The notes under the pieces were generated by a model that saw only the letters and a list, made by a program, of their open reading frames with translations, did not search any database and was not told the DNA's origin. Shown piece after piece: positions 46,771-60,259 of a stretch of 64,000 bases of DNA. The stretch comes from the human T2T-CHM13v2.0 reference genome, Homo sapiens. Both the position numbers and the translations under genes were made by a program. The DNA is taken from assembly GCF_009914755.1 (NCBI RefSeq), contig NC_060947.1; one strand, written 5' to 3'. Numbering within the stretch: the stretch's first letter is position 1; each line of letters begins with the position of its first letter.

Positions 46771-46950
46771 ATTGCATTTATGGAATACAATTTGCAACAC
46801 ATTGTACAAAATGATGTATATTCTGGAATGAGTCCTCTTCCCACTCCTTACTCCCCTTTCCTTACATACACATTCCTTGCCTTTCCTCACCCCCAACAAT
46901 AGTTCTGGGACAGGAAGATTTTCATTTACTTCTAAGGAGGTATAAAATCT

Positions 46951-47299
46951 TGATATGGTTTGGCTGCCCACATCTCATCTTGATTTGTAGTTCCCATAAT
47001 CTCCATGTGTGGTGGGAGGGACCCAGTGGGAGGTAATTGAATCATGGCGGTGGTTTCCTCCATGCTATTCTCAGGATAGTATGTTCTCAGGAGATCTGAT
47101 GGTTTTATAAGAGGCTTCCCCCTTGGCTCTGTTCTCATTCTCTCTCCTGCTGCCCTTTGAAGAGGTGCCTTAGCCACAATTGTAAGTCTCCTGAGGCCTC
47201 CCCAGCCTTGGGGAACTGTGAATCAATTAAACCTCTTTTCTTTATAAATTACCCAGTCTTGGGTATTTCTTCAAAGCAGCATAGGAATGGACTAATACA
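46951..47299 (+). mobile_element. THE1 solo LTR (THE1C/D-like)
   Basis: TGATATGGTTTGGCTG...GGACTAATACA; 5-bp TSD AATCT at 46946-46950 and 47300-47304. Confidence 0.92.
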
Positions 47300-47484
47300 A
47301 ATCTTAATTCTTCTTGTAAACATTTATTGAACACCAACTTTGTGCATCTTTCTCTTTTCAAATTATAAATTATTTCAAATGTACAGAAAATGTTATCCCT
47401 AGAACTCTTACCAAACAGACTTTATAGAAGTTTGTGATTAGTAACTATCTGCCAATAGAAGTCATTTGCACATAGGTCCTAGAA

Positions 47485-47640
47485 TCATAGAATTTTAAAG
47501 GTGAAAATGAGGTTAAAGAACATTCGCTAACTCCTTCCTTTTACATAAACATTAAGGACTTATATAGGTTCTTATACCTAGTTAGTAGAAAAGTTGATGA
47601 CAGAACTTACGTCCTCTAGTACTTTTTCTACTATACCATA
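47485..47640 (-). mobile_element. MIR/MIR3
   Basis: AGAATCATAGAATTTTAAAG...CTAGTTAGTAGAAAAG. Confidence 0.55.
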
Positions 47641-47772
47641 ATATAGATTTGCTGGATTATATATACATTCAAACTGTGCTTCTATTCCTGTATGTGATAA
47701 ACCCAAGCCTCGTGTGATCTTGTTACTCTCTATACAGAACTTACATCCTTGATTAGTATGTAGACTATCAGT

Positions 47773-47907
47773 TTGTTTATTTTTTTAAGAGATGGGGTCT
47801 CGCTATGTTGCCCAGCCTGGTCTCAAACTTCTGGACTCAAGCAGTCTGCCTGCCTGGTCCTCCCACAGTGCTGGGATTATAAGCGTGAGCCACCACACAT
47901 CTGGCCC
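47773..47907 (-). mobile_element. FLAM / AluJ left monomer
   Basis: AGAGATGGGGTCTCGCTATGTTGCCCAG...GGACTCAAGCAGTCTGCC. Confidence 0.85.
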
Positions 47908-49519
47908 AGACTTTCAAGTTTCATAGTGAAAGTGTCTGGCAGATTAATGAGTTGTTGATGCATTCAGTCAAGAAATACTTCTGAACTATGAGGTTCATAA
48001 TTTGAGGTTTATCTGGTTAAAATCATGACTGCTTTCATTAGTGCTTTAATTAGTTGAATTCTGTATTTCAGAGAGGCAAAACTAGGAACTGCATTTTACT
48101 GATAAAATTGAGTTATACTATGCCTTTTAGGCAAATGGAACCCTCATTTTTTTTTGTCCTTACGGTCATTATTAATATTTTGTTTGTTCTTATTTTTGCT
48201 TGGAGAAGGAGAACTATCATTGCATTACTGCAAACAGTATATTTATTTACCTCCTGCCCATGAACACTTCTTTCCCTATTTGGAGAAATAAGATACTGTT
48301 TGTTCACAGACCTCCCTAGTGGTCTGTCTGTTAAGCAGCGGCAGTCCTGAACTAAGGGCACAAGAAAATGGAGCTGGTAATCACAAGCAAATAATGCAAG
48401 ACTTTTAACACTTTACATGACAGATTCAGGTGGGGCTTGCCTACTTTATTATCCAAGGTGTTGCTATTTCCTTTCATGCCTTTGGAGATCCCAGAAGAAG
48501 GGGAGCTAGCTGAGTCAAACCTCTGTCTCACAGGGCTTTCATGAACAATGACAATTCATTTCAGCCTAGAGGCAAAGAGGGTGCCTTTTCTTACGAGACT
48601 TTTGTTCTTATTGCCTGGTGAATTTTTAAATCAAATTGGTGGAAAATTGGAATGTTTTCCTCTCTTTTGTCCTTTTGCATCTCCATACCTCCCTCCCTCC
48701 CAGTATTTTTGAGACCAGATAGAAGCAGATAGACTCATGGGGGATTCCTTTGTCCCTAACTCCTATCTAGAGTACTTCCTTTTCCTAATATATATAGAAA
48801 TGATTTGAAAGAATTCTAACTAACCTCAGATATGGAGATAATGACCACGATTAAATGGACTGAACATCTCATTCTTATCAATTCCAATTCATAATCCTAT
48901 TTTATTTAAGTGGTTATCTTTGTCCTTTGGAATTCCAATCAGCCAAAGGATGCCAGTACTGTTAATAATACCGTATGCCAAGGGAAATTATTTCCTCTGC
49001 TTCCACGACTACCAGGGTTCACTTTGTGGAAGCTGTGTGATAACATAATCCCTCTTACCCACCACCTCTTTTGGGCAATATTTGAAAAATGAAAAAGGGA
49101 AAAGAGCTGGGGGAGAAATCATTCAAGTAAATTTACGATAGTTTCAAAACCAGATTTGCTCATTAAAAATAGTACTTGAAATAGATAGCAGCTGTGGTTT
49201 CCATTTTGTAATTTTTTTATGATCTATTTCATTTCTGTTTTCTAAGCTACTTAAAACTGTTGTAAGCTATTGATAATATAATTTTCCCCAAATTATTTGG
49301 CTCCTCATTTCATTTTCCCTGCTGTGTTTTATAAAATTTCATATCAGAAATAAGAATTAACTAGATATTTTTGAAATCATGAGTAATTTTTATTCACTGT
49401 AGAATTAGATTTCTTTTAAGAAAAAGAAAGCTAGTACAGTAAAAATCAGCATTTCAGATGTGGGTGGCAAGAATTAACTAGATTTTAGAGTAAACCGTAG
49501 AATAGTACCCTCCTCTTTG

Positions 49520-49735
49520 CTCCTTACCATACTTTGTTTTCTGAGCATTTATCACCACCCGTCATGTATTTATTTGTTCATCATTTGTCTTCTGCTCCCC
49601 ACTGAAATGTAACCTCCATGAGAGAAGATGCTTTAACTCCTCTAGTTACCCAAAGACTCTCCAGTGCCTAGAACAGTGTTTGGCAAATATTTATAGTAGT
49701 TGCTCAATATTTGTTGTATTAGTGATTAGCCTGCA
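49520..49735 (+). mobile_element. L2 3' end
   Basis: GAAATGTAACCTCCATGAG...CCAGTGCCTAGAACAGTGTTTGGCA...GCTCAATATTTGTTG. Confidence 0.75.
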
Positions 49736-50149
49736 TGAGCTATCTGGCTTGCCCATTTCAAGTGCTGTGATGAATATTCTATGCCGGAGAAATCATCCTC
49801 CAGACTGGATCGTTACCATTATCTTCATTTGGCATTTTATTACCAACAAGATAGTACCCCAGGTACCATAGTAAAAATGACTTAAGTGCTTTCCATGTCC
49901 ATGTGCCTTTATATTTTACTTAACAACATATATTCTTCACATTGACATACATTCATTCAGTAAATATTTGTTGAAAACTTACAATGAGTCAGACACTTAC
50001 TTGCCCAGAAATAGAGGCATAGATAAGATATTGCACCTTTACTGTAACTCTACTAGAACACAACCCTAGAAAAAATTCAGAATCTGTCATCTCCATAGTT
50101 GTGGATTTCTCTACAAAGTTGAAATTTATTGTTGTTTTTGTGACAACAA

Positions 50150-51098
50150 CATACGTTTCCTGATTTTTCTGATACCTTTTGATTCATCCTCATCATTGAT
50201 GTTTCTTTTTCTCCTTGTACATTAAATGCTTTTGTTCACCAAGGTTCAACCCTCACACTCTACACAAGAATCTTTCTGTGTGATTTCACCCACTCTCATA
50301 TTTTTAACTGTCTATATGCAAATCATTTCTAACTCCGTAGCTATAGCCTACAGTTCTTCCTGGAACTTAAGGCTTGCATAATGAAATGCCTGCTGGACAA
50401 TTCTACCTAGATGTTCAATAGGCACCTTCAGTTCATGTCAAAATCTTAACTCTGCTTTTTCTTCTAAAATCTATTCCGTTTTTGATTCTTTGTAGGCGGC
50501 ACCACCATCCAGCTACTCACTCTAGCAGGGAACTGGGTGTGAACCTTGATTCTTCCTTCTCTATAAATCTCCACATCTCACAATCTCTGTATCCTGCCCG
50601 TTTTCCTTCCTAAATATTTCTTGAATGTGTCACCTCTGTGGCTTCCTAACTACCATTGTCCTATTCCCATGTTTTACCAACTGTTGCTGAGACAACTGCA
50701 GCAATCTTCTAAATGGCATTCCAGCTTCCAGTCTTGTCCCCCTTCAAATCCCTGCATTCTTTTATAATTTTGCCCACTGTGTCCCCCTGCCTGGACTGCC
50801 CTCCCTTGTTCTTTTCATTGGATGAACTCCTGCTCATCCTTTTAAAACTCAATTCGGCCCCATCACCGGGGGGCTATGAATATACTTTCTCAGTTCTTGC
50901 ATGGTGCTTTCAGCATGTTGTTCCCACTGAATTCCCACACTGCTTTGTCTTTGTTTCTTTACCTGCCTGTCTTTCCTATTAGATAGTGAGCTCATTGGGA
51001 GCATGTCTTATTTATCTTTGTAGATCCGGCATTAAGCATGTCATTGGGAACTTAATAGGCCCTTCAGACATTTTTGAATAAATGAGTAGATGAATGAA
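50150..51098 (+). mobile_element. L2 (ORF2 3' part and 3' UTR)
   Basis: GCCTGCTGGACAATTCTACCTAGATGTTCAATAGGCACCT; ends TGAATAAATGAGTAGATGAATGAA. Confidence 0.75.
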
Positions 51099-51369
51099 CA
51101 AAAGAACAAACAGCAAACAAAGGGTAGCCTTGAGGTACAGTATAAGTATATCAAAGAATACAATATTCTTTTACTTTAGATATCAACCTTATAATTTATT
51201 AGGAGAAATAAAAACACAAAAGGGCAGTAATATACCAGCCCACATGTAGTCTCATATTCCAGTACAGTTTTATCTGACTTTGCCTTTTTGATACTGATGA
51301 CACAGGGAGCATCTGGGGCTAGATAAACTGCTCATGCTCTGAACTATATGTTGAATATTTTGATAGAAA

Positions 51370-51765
51370 CTCTTTTTGCCTGTGGCTTATTTGTCATATG
51401 CCGCTTGAGTGTGAACTTAATTTGCATGACTGCAATAAATGAAAAGTGTTTCTTATTTCCTACTTTGAGTACATAAATTTGACCTTGATCAATGTCAGCA
51501 AACCAGGCCTCTGGCAACCACTTCACAATTTTGACTATCCAGAGAAGTTCATCATCATCTTTAGACAACTTTACCCTGGAATGGCAGGTTTAGTTAGTAT
51601 CAGTGGAGTCTTGTCAGACGTGTTTCCTAACAAAAATGACCTCAAGCAGGAGTGTGTGGTTTTCTCTGAGAAAGCTTTTCTTCCCCTGAGCAGATCATAG
51701 CCTCCACAAATGTCTTTGAAACAGGCATGCAAAGATTGCTCTATACAGAAGATTGTGACACCGAA
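51370..51765 (+). mobile_element. Ancient RTE-clade LINE RT fragment (MamRTE1/RTE-BovB-like)
   Basis: NVSKPGLWQPLHNFDYPEKFIIIFRQLYPGM...LSDVFPNKNDLKQECVV, then after a frameshift ASTNVFETGMQRLLYTEDC, resembling RTE ...GLWxxLxKFGCPxKF...GVKQGCVL...TKVxETxIRELLYADDC. Confidence 0.75.
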
Positions 51766-52039
51766 CATGAGGTTGCTTCGAATGGTTATCCTAAAGTGAC
51801 CTGCCAAACTGAAGGGCAAAAATGCCACTGCTCTTGAAGTCTTAAAATAGTATCTCTTCTTGTTGAATCCATGGGAATAGAAAAAAGAAATTGTGGTCAG
51901 GCCATATGAGAAGGAATGCCAAAAAAAAAAAAAAAAGTCACCAAATCCATTTAGCACTTGGTAACAAAAGGTAAGAATAGACATTGAATACTGTACTATT
52001 TTTAGTATCCATTCCAGCATAGTGCTAAGTATGTCTTGC

Positions 52040-52500
52040 CTCCAAAGTGTGTTACTCCTTCTACCTTCTCCATCTCTAACAGTAATAAGCCCAGTCACCT
52101 AAGTTCAAACTCTGAGTCAACTTTGACTCAAGCTTCTCATTGATTCCCTAGAACCATTGGTTACCAATTTAGATTTCATTATCTCTTGAAACTGTTGTAC
52201 CTCCAAGTACTCTAAAATTCTCTTATTTGAACATGTCCACTTCCTTCCACCTTTCCTAGTCCACACCCACTCTGCTTCTGCTTTTCCGTTTGGTATTCTA
52301 CAAGCCTTTTTCCCATTCAACTTTTCCATCTATCTCATTTCTGTCCCTACCCAACTATGACTCTGCTGTCCAACATGTCAGTACGTACTCAAAAGCACTC
52401 CTCATTCATTCTCTACCCAATTCTCAGCTGCTCCTAGCCCCAACCCTGCAAATAACCATTGTCCATTTTCTCCTCTACTGTTCCCGGACTAATTAATGCT
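52040..52500 (+). mobile_element. Degraded L2 fragment
   Basis: Pyrimidine-rich L2-like text; weak. Confidence 0.4.
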
Positions 52501-52887
52501 GGTAGGCAACGACATATAATAGTAGCATGTTGATCAGGCCCACTGCAAGCGAAAGAAAAATTCTAAATTCATTAGTTAGAATTTTGAAAACAAAACATCT
52601 GTCCTAATACATCTACTTGGTTCTGAAAAACTGTGATTACTGTAGTTATTGAGAGGTTTCTGTAACCCAAATACTTAACTGGGTCGTACATGAAAATTAT
52701 TTTTAAGATTAAAAGTAGAGCATATATTGTACTGACAGAATTTTCTTTAGGATTTACATGAGTCTAATCTGATAGAATGGAGGAATGTAATTGAAAACTA
52801 GGAAGAGAAATCTAGGCATGGAACTTCATCATCCAAACATTTTTTTCCCTGATTAAAAGCAACATATCAGCGTGTGTTTTTCAAATA

Positions 52888-53420
52888 CAGGCAGTCCCTA
52901 TCTTACAAATGGCTGTAGACAGATGTAGGGCATATTATTGTTTGAATCCTGATTACCCAAGTGGGAAAACTTTGCTTTAGATGTCAGTTGTTTGGAATCC
53001 AGAAAGCATTTTCCTACCAAGGCAGTGTTATAAATGGTGGTTGGGCTCCCCTAGGATAGCCAATAATGTTACTGAAATACTATACATTTGCAGTGAAACA
53101 GTAGTGAACACATTTATCATATACTACTAATTAAACAAAAGCAATAACGTTGAATAAGATCATTTTATATTTTGGGCTTCAATGGTGGTGCTTGAGGAAA
53201 AACAGGTTTAATTATAAGAGGATGAAAAAGTAGATGGAGACTGTGTGAAATCTCAAAATAGGGCTCATGAGCATTTTTGAAGACTTCAAATGACACGTGT
53301 TCTTTATCAAGTCTAACTGATTTTAAAACTTGTGAACTTTTACTTCCCTTTTTGTGGTTCTAAGTGTTTTGTAGTACAACTGTTGTGCTATGATTCTGGT
53401 CAGTTTTTGACTAGTGATGA
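52888..53420. mobile_element. Probable Tigger-family relic
   Basis: TA|CAGGCAGTCCCTATCTTACAAATGG resembles a Tigger terminus; right limit uncertain. Confidence 0.4.
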
Positions 53421-53774
53421 AAATAAAACAAGGGAAGAGGATAAAGGAAGAGGATATGGTGCCAGAGGAAAATTTTGAGAAGAGGGGGCTTATATGCAAA
53501 TATGAGGATTAAAAAAACAACTTTATACTTTAGCACCACAAGCATTCCACAAGCACCAGCAACCAAAGGAAAAGGAGTTCTTTCTTGCTTAGTTCTTAGG
53601 CCATCCTATATAAATGTCCTAAATAGAGATAAAAGTTGCAATAAGTTAAAGAGGCTAAGTTGAGCCACACTATAAGGAGATGATATGTAAACCGCAAAGC
53701 TTGCATGAGCTGAGGTAGGAAGAGAGTTATTTATTTGCTTTTGTTGTTGTTATTTGTTTTTTTGTCTTCAGTTG

Positions 53775-54202
53775 TGTCTTAATCTGTTTAGTGTTGCTAT
53801 AAAGGAATACCTGAGGCTGGGTAATTTATAACGAAAGGAGATTTATTTGGTTTACGGTTCTGCAGACTGCACAGGAAGCACAGTGCCAGCGTCTGCTTCT
53901 GGTGAGGGCTTTAGGTTAATTCCATTTATGGCAGAAGGAGAAGGGGAGCTGGCATGTGCAGAGACCAAATGACAAGAAAGAGAGAGGGAAGGGAGCTTAC
54001 AGGTTTTTGTTTTTGTTTTTAAACAACCAGCTTTCTCAGGAACTAATGGAGCAAGAACTCACTCATTACCACAAGGAGGACATCAAGTCATTCATGAGGG
54101 ATCCACCTCCATGACCCAAATTCCTCCCATCGGGCCCCACTTCCAACATTGGGGATCAAATTTCAACATGAGGTTTGGGGGATAAACATTCGAACTATGG
54201 AA
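53775..54202 (-). mobile_element. MSTB-like MaLR solo LTR
   Basis: GCTATAAAGGAATACCTGAGGCTGGGTAATTTATAA; 5-bp TSD AGTTG at 53770-53774 and 54203-54207. Confidence 0.9.
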
Positions 54203-54300
54203 AGTTGTATGGACTATATCTTGGAAGACGGAAGGATATGTTGGAAGTGTGCTACCTTCTAAGTGTCAAAGGTTGAGTCAGAGAAACATAGAGAAAAAAA

Positions 54301-54548
<248 letters not shown>

Positions 54549-54869
54549 TTAGTTCTGTTGCACATTATAAATGGAATCCTCCTTTGATATCCTTGGAAAG
54601 GATTTGGTAACTACTTATATTGTTTTTCAGTCATGTTTTGTATTCACATTCATTTTTACTTGGATATGACTCTGTACTGGTAGGGAACTATGAGGCAACT
54701 TGGCTTTATTCAAGTTATATAGGTGTGATAGATTTCCCAAGATCACATTAATTGAGCTGTCAGTGGGGGACAAAAGAGTATGATTACTCTAAAGAGGAAG
54801 AATAGAGGAGGTAGAAGAAGACAGATATAGAGCCACATAGTTAATTCTCTTTGCTGTTTACCAGCTGAT

Positions 54870-55250
54870 GAACCAACAATTATTCAACAATTTTTTACTG
54901 TGCTGTGTTCTAGGCAATGTGCTAAGTGCTTAGAGATGCAGTGGCAAAGTACTTGGAATACAGTAGTACACATGATATTACATCTGCCCTCATATGTTTT
55001 ACAGATAAGGGGACGGTACAGATAAGTAGATAAGGAATTATAATGAATTATGTTAAGTGCTAATGTGGAGGTACTGTTGGGTATTAAGGGCATATATAGA
55101 AAAATCACCTAAATCTGACTTTCAGAATTAGCACACATCCTAGAGCATTCTAAACTGATATAGAAAGATGTGTCAGAGTGAAACAGGAAAACAGAAGTTA
55201 GGCAAGAGGCAAATATTCCTGAAAGAAGAAATAATGTTTAAGATTCAATC
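54870..55250 (-). mobile_element. L2 fragment
   Basis: ATTCAACAATTTTTTACTGTGCTGTGTTCTAGGCAATGTGCTAAGTGCT. Confidence 0.65.
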
Positions 55251-55299
55251 ATACAACAAGAAGCCTAGAGAGAGTACTGGGAAAAAAAAATAGCCAAAG

Positions 55300-56275
55300 A
55301 GAGATTTCTACTTCTGAAAATTGTATAGTAACTTGTGGCAGAACAATGCTCTGCCAAGAATATCTACATAAGCCAGATAACAGACAAAAAGTCTGTTTGA
55401 AGGCATTGGAAAGTAGCCAAGACAGCCAGGGCTTGAGAAGTTAAAATCTCAAGCAAGGAAAACTACAGAGAAATGAGGCATATTTCCTTTTGGGGCATTT
55501 GCCAATTCTTACAGCATGATACAGAGAAGTCACCAGAAGTTCCAGCTATCTTATAGGCTTAGAGAGAGAGGAAAACATTGAGGGCTGTCAAGGCAGTCAG
55601 TACTGAAGGGGGCCAAAATCCTGAAGAGAGTGGATGAGTAGAGAAATGAACTTGCACTCAGTAGTTTTAACCTCCAGGCATTTGCCAAATCCTTAAGCTG
55701 TTCATGGGATGAAAAAGCCTAACCCGTCAAGCAGTAAGTGACTGAAAAGCAGAGTGGAGCTTTCCCACTCATAGTATAAAAGAAATAGAAAATAATGTTC
55801 AGGGCCCTCCACAGAGGAGCAGCCCCAAGAAACACCCCAGCATTTCATTTGGGACTCTTAAAGAACCTACCCTTTAGGAATTGGTATGAACTAAATATAG
55901 ACTGAACTTTTGAAAGACTGCAACTTCACCTATTTGTTCGTTGATTCCTTGATTAGATTAAGGTGATCTACCTCTACTCCAGCTGCCTATAAATGATAGA
56001 GAGAACCCTCTCTGGAGGAAAATATCATCTAGTGGCTCCAAGATTTCTGCAAACAAAATGTCTATATTTAATCATGCATTAATTGGCTTATGAAGAAACT
56101 GAACCAAGGGAAAAATCAGACAATAGAAATAGACCTACCAATGAGTCAGCTGTTGACATTCTCATAGACTTTTAAATTAGCATGATTTTTTAAATTACTA
56201 TGATTAATAAGTTTGAGAAAATAGATGACAGTATTGAGAATCTCTCCAAGGAACTGGAATCCATTAAAAAATAAT
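55300..56275 (+). mobile_element. Old L1M 5'UTR/ORF1-start remnant
   Basis: AAAAATCAGACAATAGAAATAGACC...GACTTTTAAATTAGCATGATT...GAACTGGAATCCATTAAAAA. Confidence 0.55.
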
Positions 56276-56649
56276 AAAGAGGTAGGAGGACAGTGACAAT
56301 TAGTGAAAACTGTTTCAATAAGGAAAGAGTAGCTGATACTGACTTATACTACAGTGAGGTCCTTTGGATATAGTAACAAGGAGCACAGGTACTAAGAAGT
56401 CCTTTGGGTTTCATAGGTAGATCGTTGGTGAGTGCAGGTTCAGTGGAGTGGTGGGTAAAGAGGCCATGATGGTGATAAGGTCAGATTTGAGGTGAGTAGG
56501 GAAGGTGACTATGGAAACATGAAAGGTATGATGGGCTTAAAATTTTGGTCCATTAATTTGTAGTGTCATAAATCTATTATATACGACTCTTTAATTTTCT
56601 CTAGAAACACTCATCGACTTGATTAGAAATAATAGAGATAGGTTGTATT

Positions 56650-56797
56650 GTTCTCCTTCCATCTTCCCCCTTTCCCATTCCTTCCTCTCCCTTCCCCTTC
56701 CTTCTTCCAGTCGTTTTCCATTTTTACTTCCTTTTCCACTACTATTTTACATTATTTTTCTTTATTCTTCTTTCCTTTTCTTCCTTTCTTTGTTTTC
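56650..56797. repeat. CT-rich low-complexity tract
   Basis: Polypyrimidine stretch read directly. Confidence 0.7.
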
Positions 56798-58449
56798 TAA
56801 TAGAAGAAATAGAAATAACATTTGTAGATTGAGGAGAGAGAGCTTGTATATTGAGAGACCTCGTTAGACTCAAAGCATGCCATCATAAATCTGAGATATT
56901 TAGAATATGTATTCCAGTAAAATCGGCTAACTAACTTAATTTTTACAGACATAGCATACATCACAGTTAAAATGCCTTTTAGAGGCCCATTCTGTTTTAC
57001 AAGACCAAAATTAAATGTATATATGCTTATATACATACTAATGTTTATCTGTTATGTGCACATATCTGTGTGCATCCATGTATGTAACAACTCAGTGTTT
57101 TACTGAAGTAAATTTTTAGGATTGAAAGAAATAGGTTTCTCTAGTTGTATAGACTGCTTATGAGAACATTACAATTCGATATGTAGAGAGATGATGATTA
57201 CAATTTATTAGTCCATCACCATTTGGAACAATAGATGGCCAAATGTAATTAACCATTGAAAGAAATACATTTTACGTGTCCTAAATTTCATTTCTAATTA
57301 CTTGTAACTGAAACTCTCTAGAATCTTAAAATCCATTTTGTCTTATGAAAGGCTTCATTGCTTATCCCTGTTGTTGCACTATTACTTTAGATTAGAGTAA
57401 CTTCATTTTAAAATTACATGTCAAATATAATTTGCTATTAGTAACGTGGAATGTGTGGCTTCACTCTGAGAAAAAAGCCTGTTCAGCATTTTTTAATATC
57501 ATATACCTAAACAGAGCTTCCACGATGATTAGATCACATCTGGCACAATGTAGATCTATTTGTACTTGCATAATGCATGTGCATGTACACACTGTGATAT
57601 TTTACGACTATTTGGGTACATTGATTTTTCTATAAAGAGAACTATTATCCACATCTTTTTGCACAGAAGTACACTTAAATATTGGCATAGGTAAACAACT
57701 TACTAAAATAAAACTCGTGCTTGGCACAACTATTACTGGTGTCACAGATTTTACAACTATAATATTTCTGAAAAGCTAGCTTGAACGCTTTGGAACATTT
57801 TTTTCTGAGTGAATGCAGAGGCAGTTTGGTGAGCTGTAAAACTTCTACTTTTCATTTTGTATTCTAGTCTAGGCCAAATCTTAAGTGTCACTAAATCTGA
57901 TTCTATCTTGAATTGTGGCCCAGTGTCATCCCCAGAAGGAGGCTTCTCCCCAGCACTGGCTAGGTAAGCAGCCTATGTGAAACAAAGGAAGCGGCTTTGC
58001 CAGCAAGCAACTATTAAGAATGGGAAAGAGTTTGAAATAGGCTAACGAAATGCAAAAAAGTAAATCCAAAGTCCAAAAGTAGAGGCAGCTTTAACTCTGC
58101 ACTATTTTTATCTTGTGATCCTGTTTGAAGAAATGTCTCAATTCATTATAACTGAAGTAAAAGTCACTAGCATAATATGGAAACAATCTTAAACTGGTAA
58201 ATATTCCTTCTCCTTACTTAACATAAAATAAAACCCATATTAAGATATTAGTTCCTCCTCGTCAGCAGGGGAAGTCTCTGTATAGACTGAGGACATGGCA
58301 GTTGACTGACACTAGAGTGGGCAATCCCAGAGACTGGAAATTGATGTCAAAAAATTTGGTTTTGCCCGCTCTGTTTAATCTGTAATTAGTCAAATTTAAT
58401 CTTAGTGGATAAGGTATCTGAATTGGGTTCCCAAAACTCATCTTTATTT

Positions 58450-59260
58450 CTATTTTTTTTTTTACATTTTGCAATAATTATGAATATTTTGAATATTTTT
58501 GAATTTTGAACATAAAAGTTGCAAGAATAGTACTTGGAAATCCCTGTATACCCTTTGTGCAGATTCACCATTTTAAACATTTAGCCACATTCATTTTGTT
58601 ATGCCTCTTAAATTTTTAATACTTCAATTACTGTTTCCTAAGAGCAAGATTATTCTTGTAGGTAACAATAGCAAAGTTACCAAATTCAGGAAATGTATCA
58701 TTAATGTAATACTTCCATCTAATCAACCATCCATGTTCCAATGATGTTAACTGTCTCAGTGATACCTTTTATAGCATTTTCTCCTCCAATGCAAGATCCA
58801 GTCCAGAATCACACATTGCATCGAGTTGTTATGTCTTCTTAGTCTCCTTTAATGTGGAACAGTTCCTCATACCATTGCATACACTGTTAAATATGAAGAA
58901 AACTGGTCAGTTATTTTATAGAAGATTCCTCAATTTGTATTTACCTCATGATTAGATTCAGGTTATGTACTTCTGTCCTAACTACTAGATAAGCAAAGTA
59001 TGTCCTTATGGTTCACATCTGGAGGCACAAAATGTCTCTCTGTCCCTCACTGGTAATGTTAACTTCGATCATCTGGTCAATGTGTTGCCTGATACCTTCA
59101 TTTTATAGGTATTATTTTCTCTGTTTCAACTAATAAGCAATCTGTGGAAAGACACTTTACGACCATGTAAATATATTGCTCTACATCAAACTCCCCCTCT
59201 AGCCTTAACTACTATTGATGATTCATTCCTGAACCAATCTTTACCACAACAGTTGCATGT
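58450..59260 (-). mobile_element. L1MC4/5-like 3' region
   Basis: AAAGTTGCAAGAATAGTAC...CAAGATCCAGTCCAGAATCACACATTGCAT...CTCATGATTAGATTCAGGTTATG. Confidence 0.8.
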
Positions 59261-60259
59261 CATCTTGTATTAATTTCTTTTGGAATGAGAAGAAAAACAA
59301 TAATTTACTCTGGTAATTTTCTGAAGAATACCGTTGATTTCCTTTGACAATGTTCTAATAAAGGAAATTGCTCTCTATGGAATCGTAGTGATCTGTATCC
59401 TCTGAGTAGTTTACTCATTCTAACTCAACCAAAATGAGCAGAAATTAAAAGCAAATGATTTTTGCTCTAGAATCAATACTTATGTTCACAGTCAGTATAT
59501 ATGCTCTGCAACAAGTTGTACTCTGGGTATACATATACAAAATTTCAGTGTTGCTTAAAAAAAAAGAAAGCATTTTTATTGACTTAAATGGAAGAATTCT
59601 ATAGTTTTTTAACTACTTTAGTTTTCTGGAATTTGTTTACTTTAAAACTTTTCAGCCTTTGCTTTTCCATCTCTTTAACAAATTATCACCTCATTCATTT
59701 AGTCATGTTCTATTTAATTTATATATTTTTATTCTTTTGCCTTTCCACATTGCCTAAATCCTTGTGGCTAGGATTACTTAAATTTTTCTACATGGTTTTC
59801 ATTCACCCCCATTCTTATAAATTATGTGTATCATTTATTTACTAAATATCTTGGTCATGTTCAAGAATTGAAGATGAGAGTTTTCAGTTATCACATTGAA
59901 AAAGATTAAAATTTATTATATACATATAAATATTATACTATAAAAATCCTTATGTAAGTTCTGCAAATCAGTATTTTATATATTTAGTGAACTGCACAAA
60001 AGGCAACTTCTATTCAGTGTAATAACCCTAATTTTATTTCTTAATTTTAAAATTTTAATCTTTTCTACTTAACATTCTCCATAAATAGCTTATTGTAGTG
60101 TTACAATGAAAGAAAAATTTTAACATCCTCATGAATCCTGACTACTTAGTATATACATATGTAAGGTGAAATAGGTTAAATAGCTTATGTGACTATTTTC
60201 TAGTTACTTCATTAAGTCTCTAATGCCTTTTGGATAAACAAAAATGATGAAAAGTAGGT

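Noticed and set aside
48311-48380. Possible plus-strand exon TGTTCACAG|...CTG|GTAATC
   Set aside because: Weak donor, short pyrimidine tract, unrecognised peptide.
51571-52098. 175-aa minus-strand ORF
   Set aside because: Non-ATG start, crosses a poly(T) run, has no recognisable domain, and overlaps the RTE relic in antisense.
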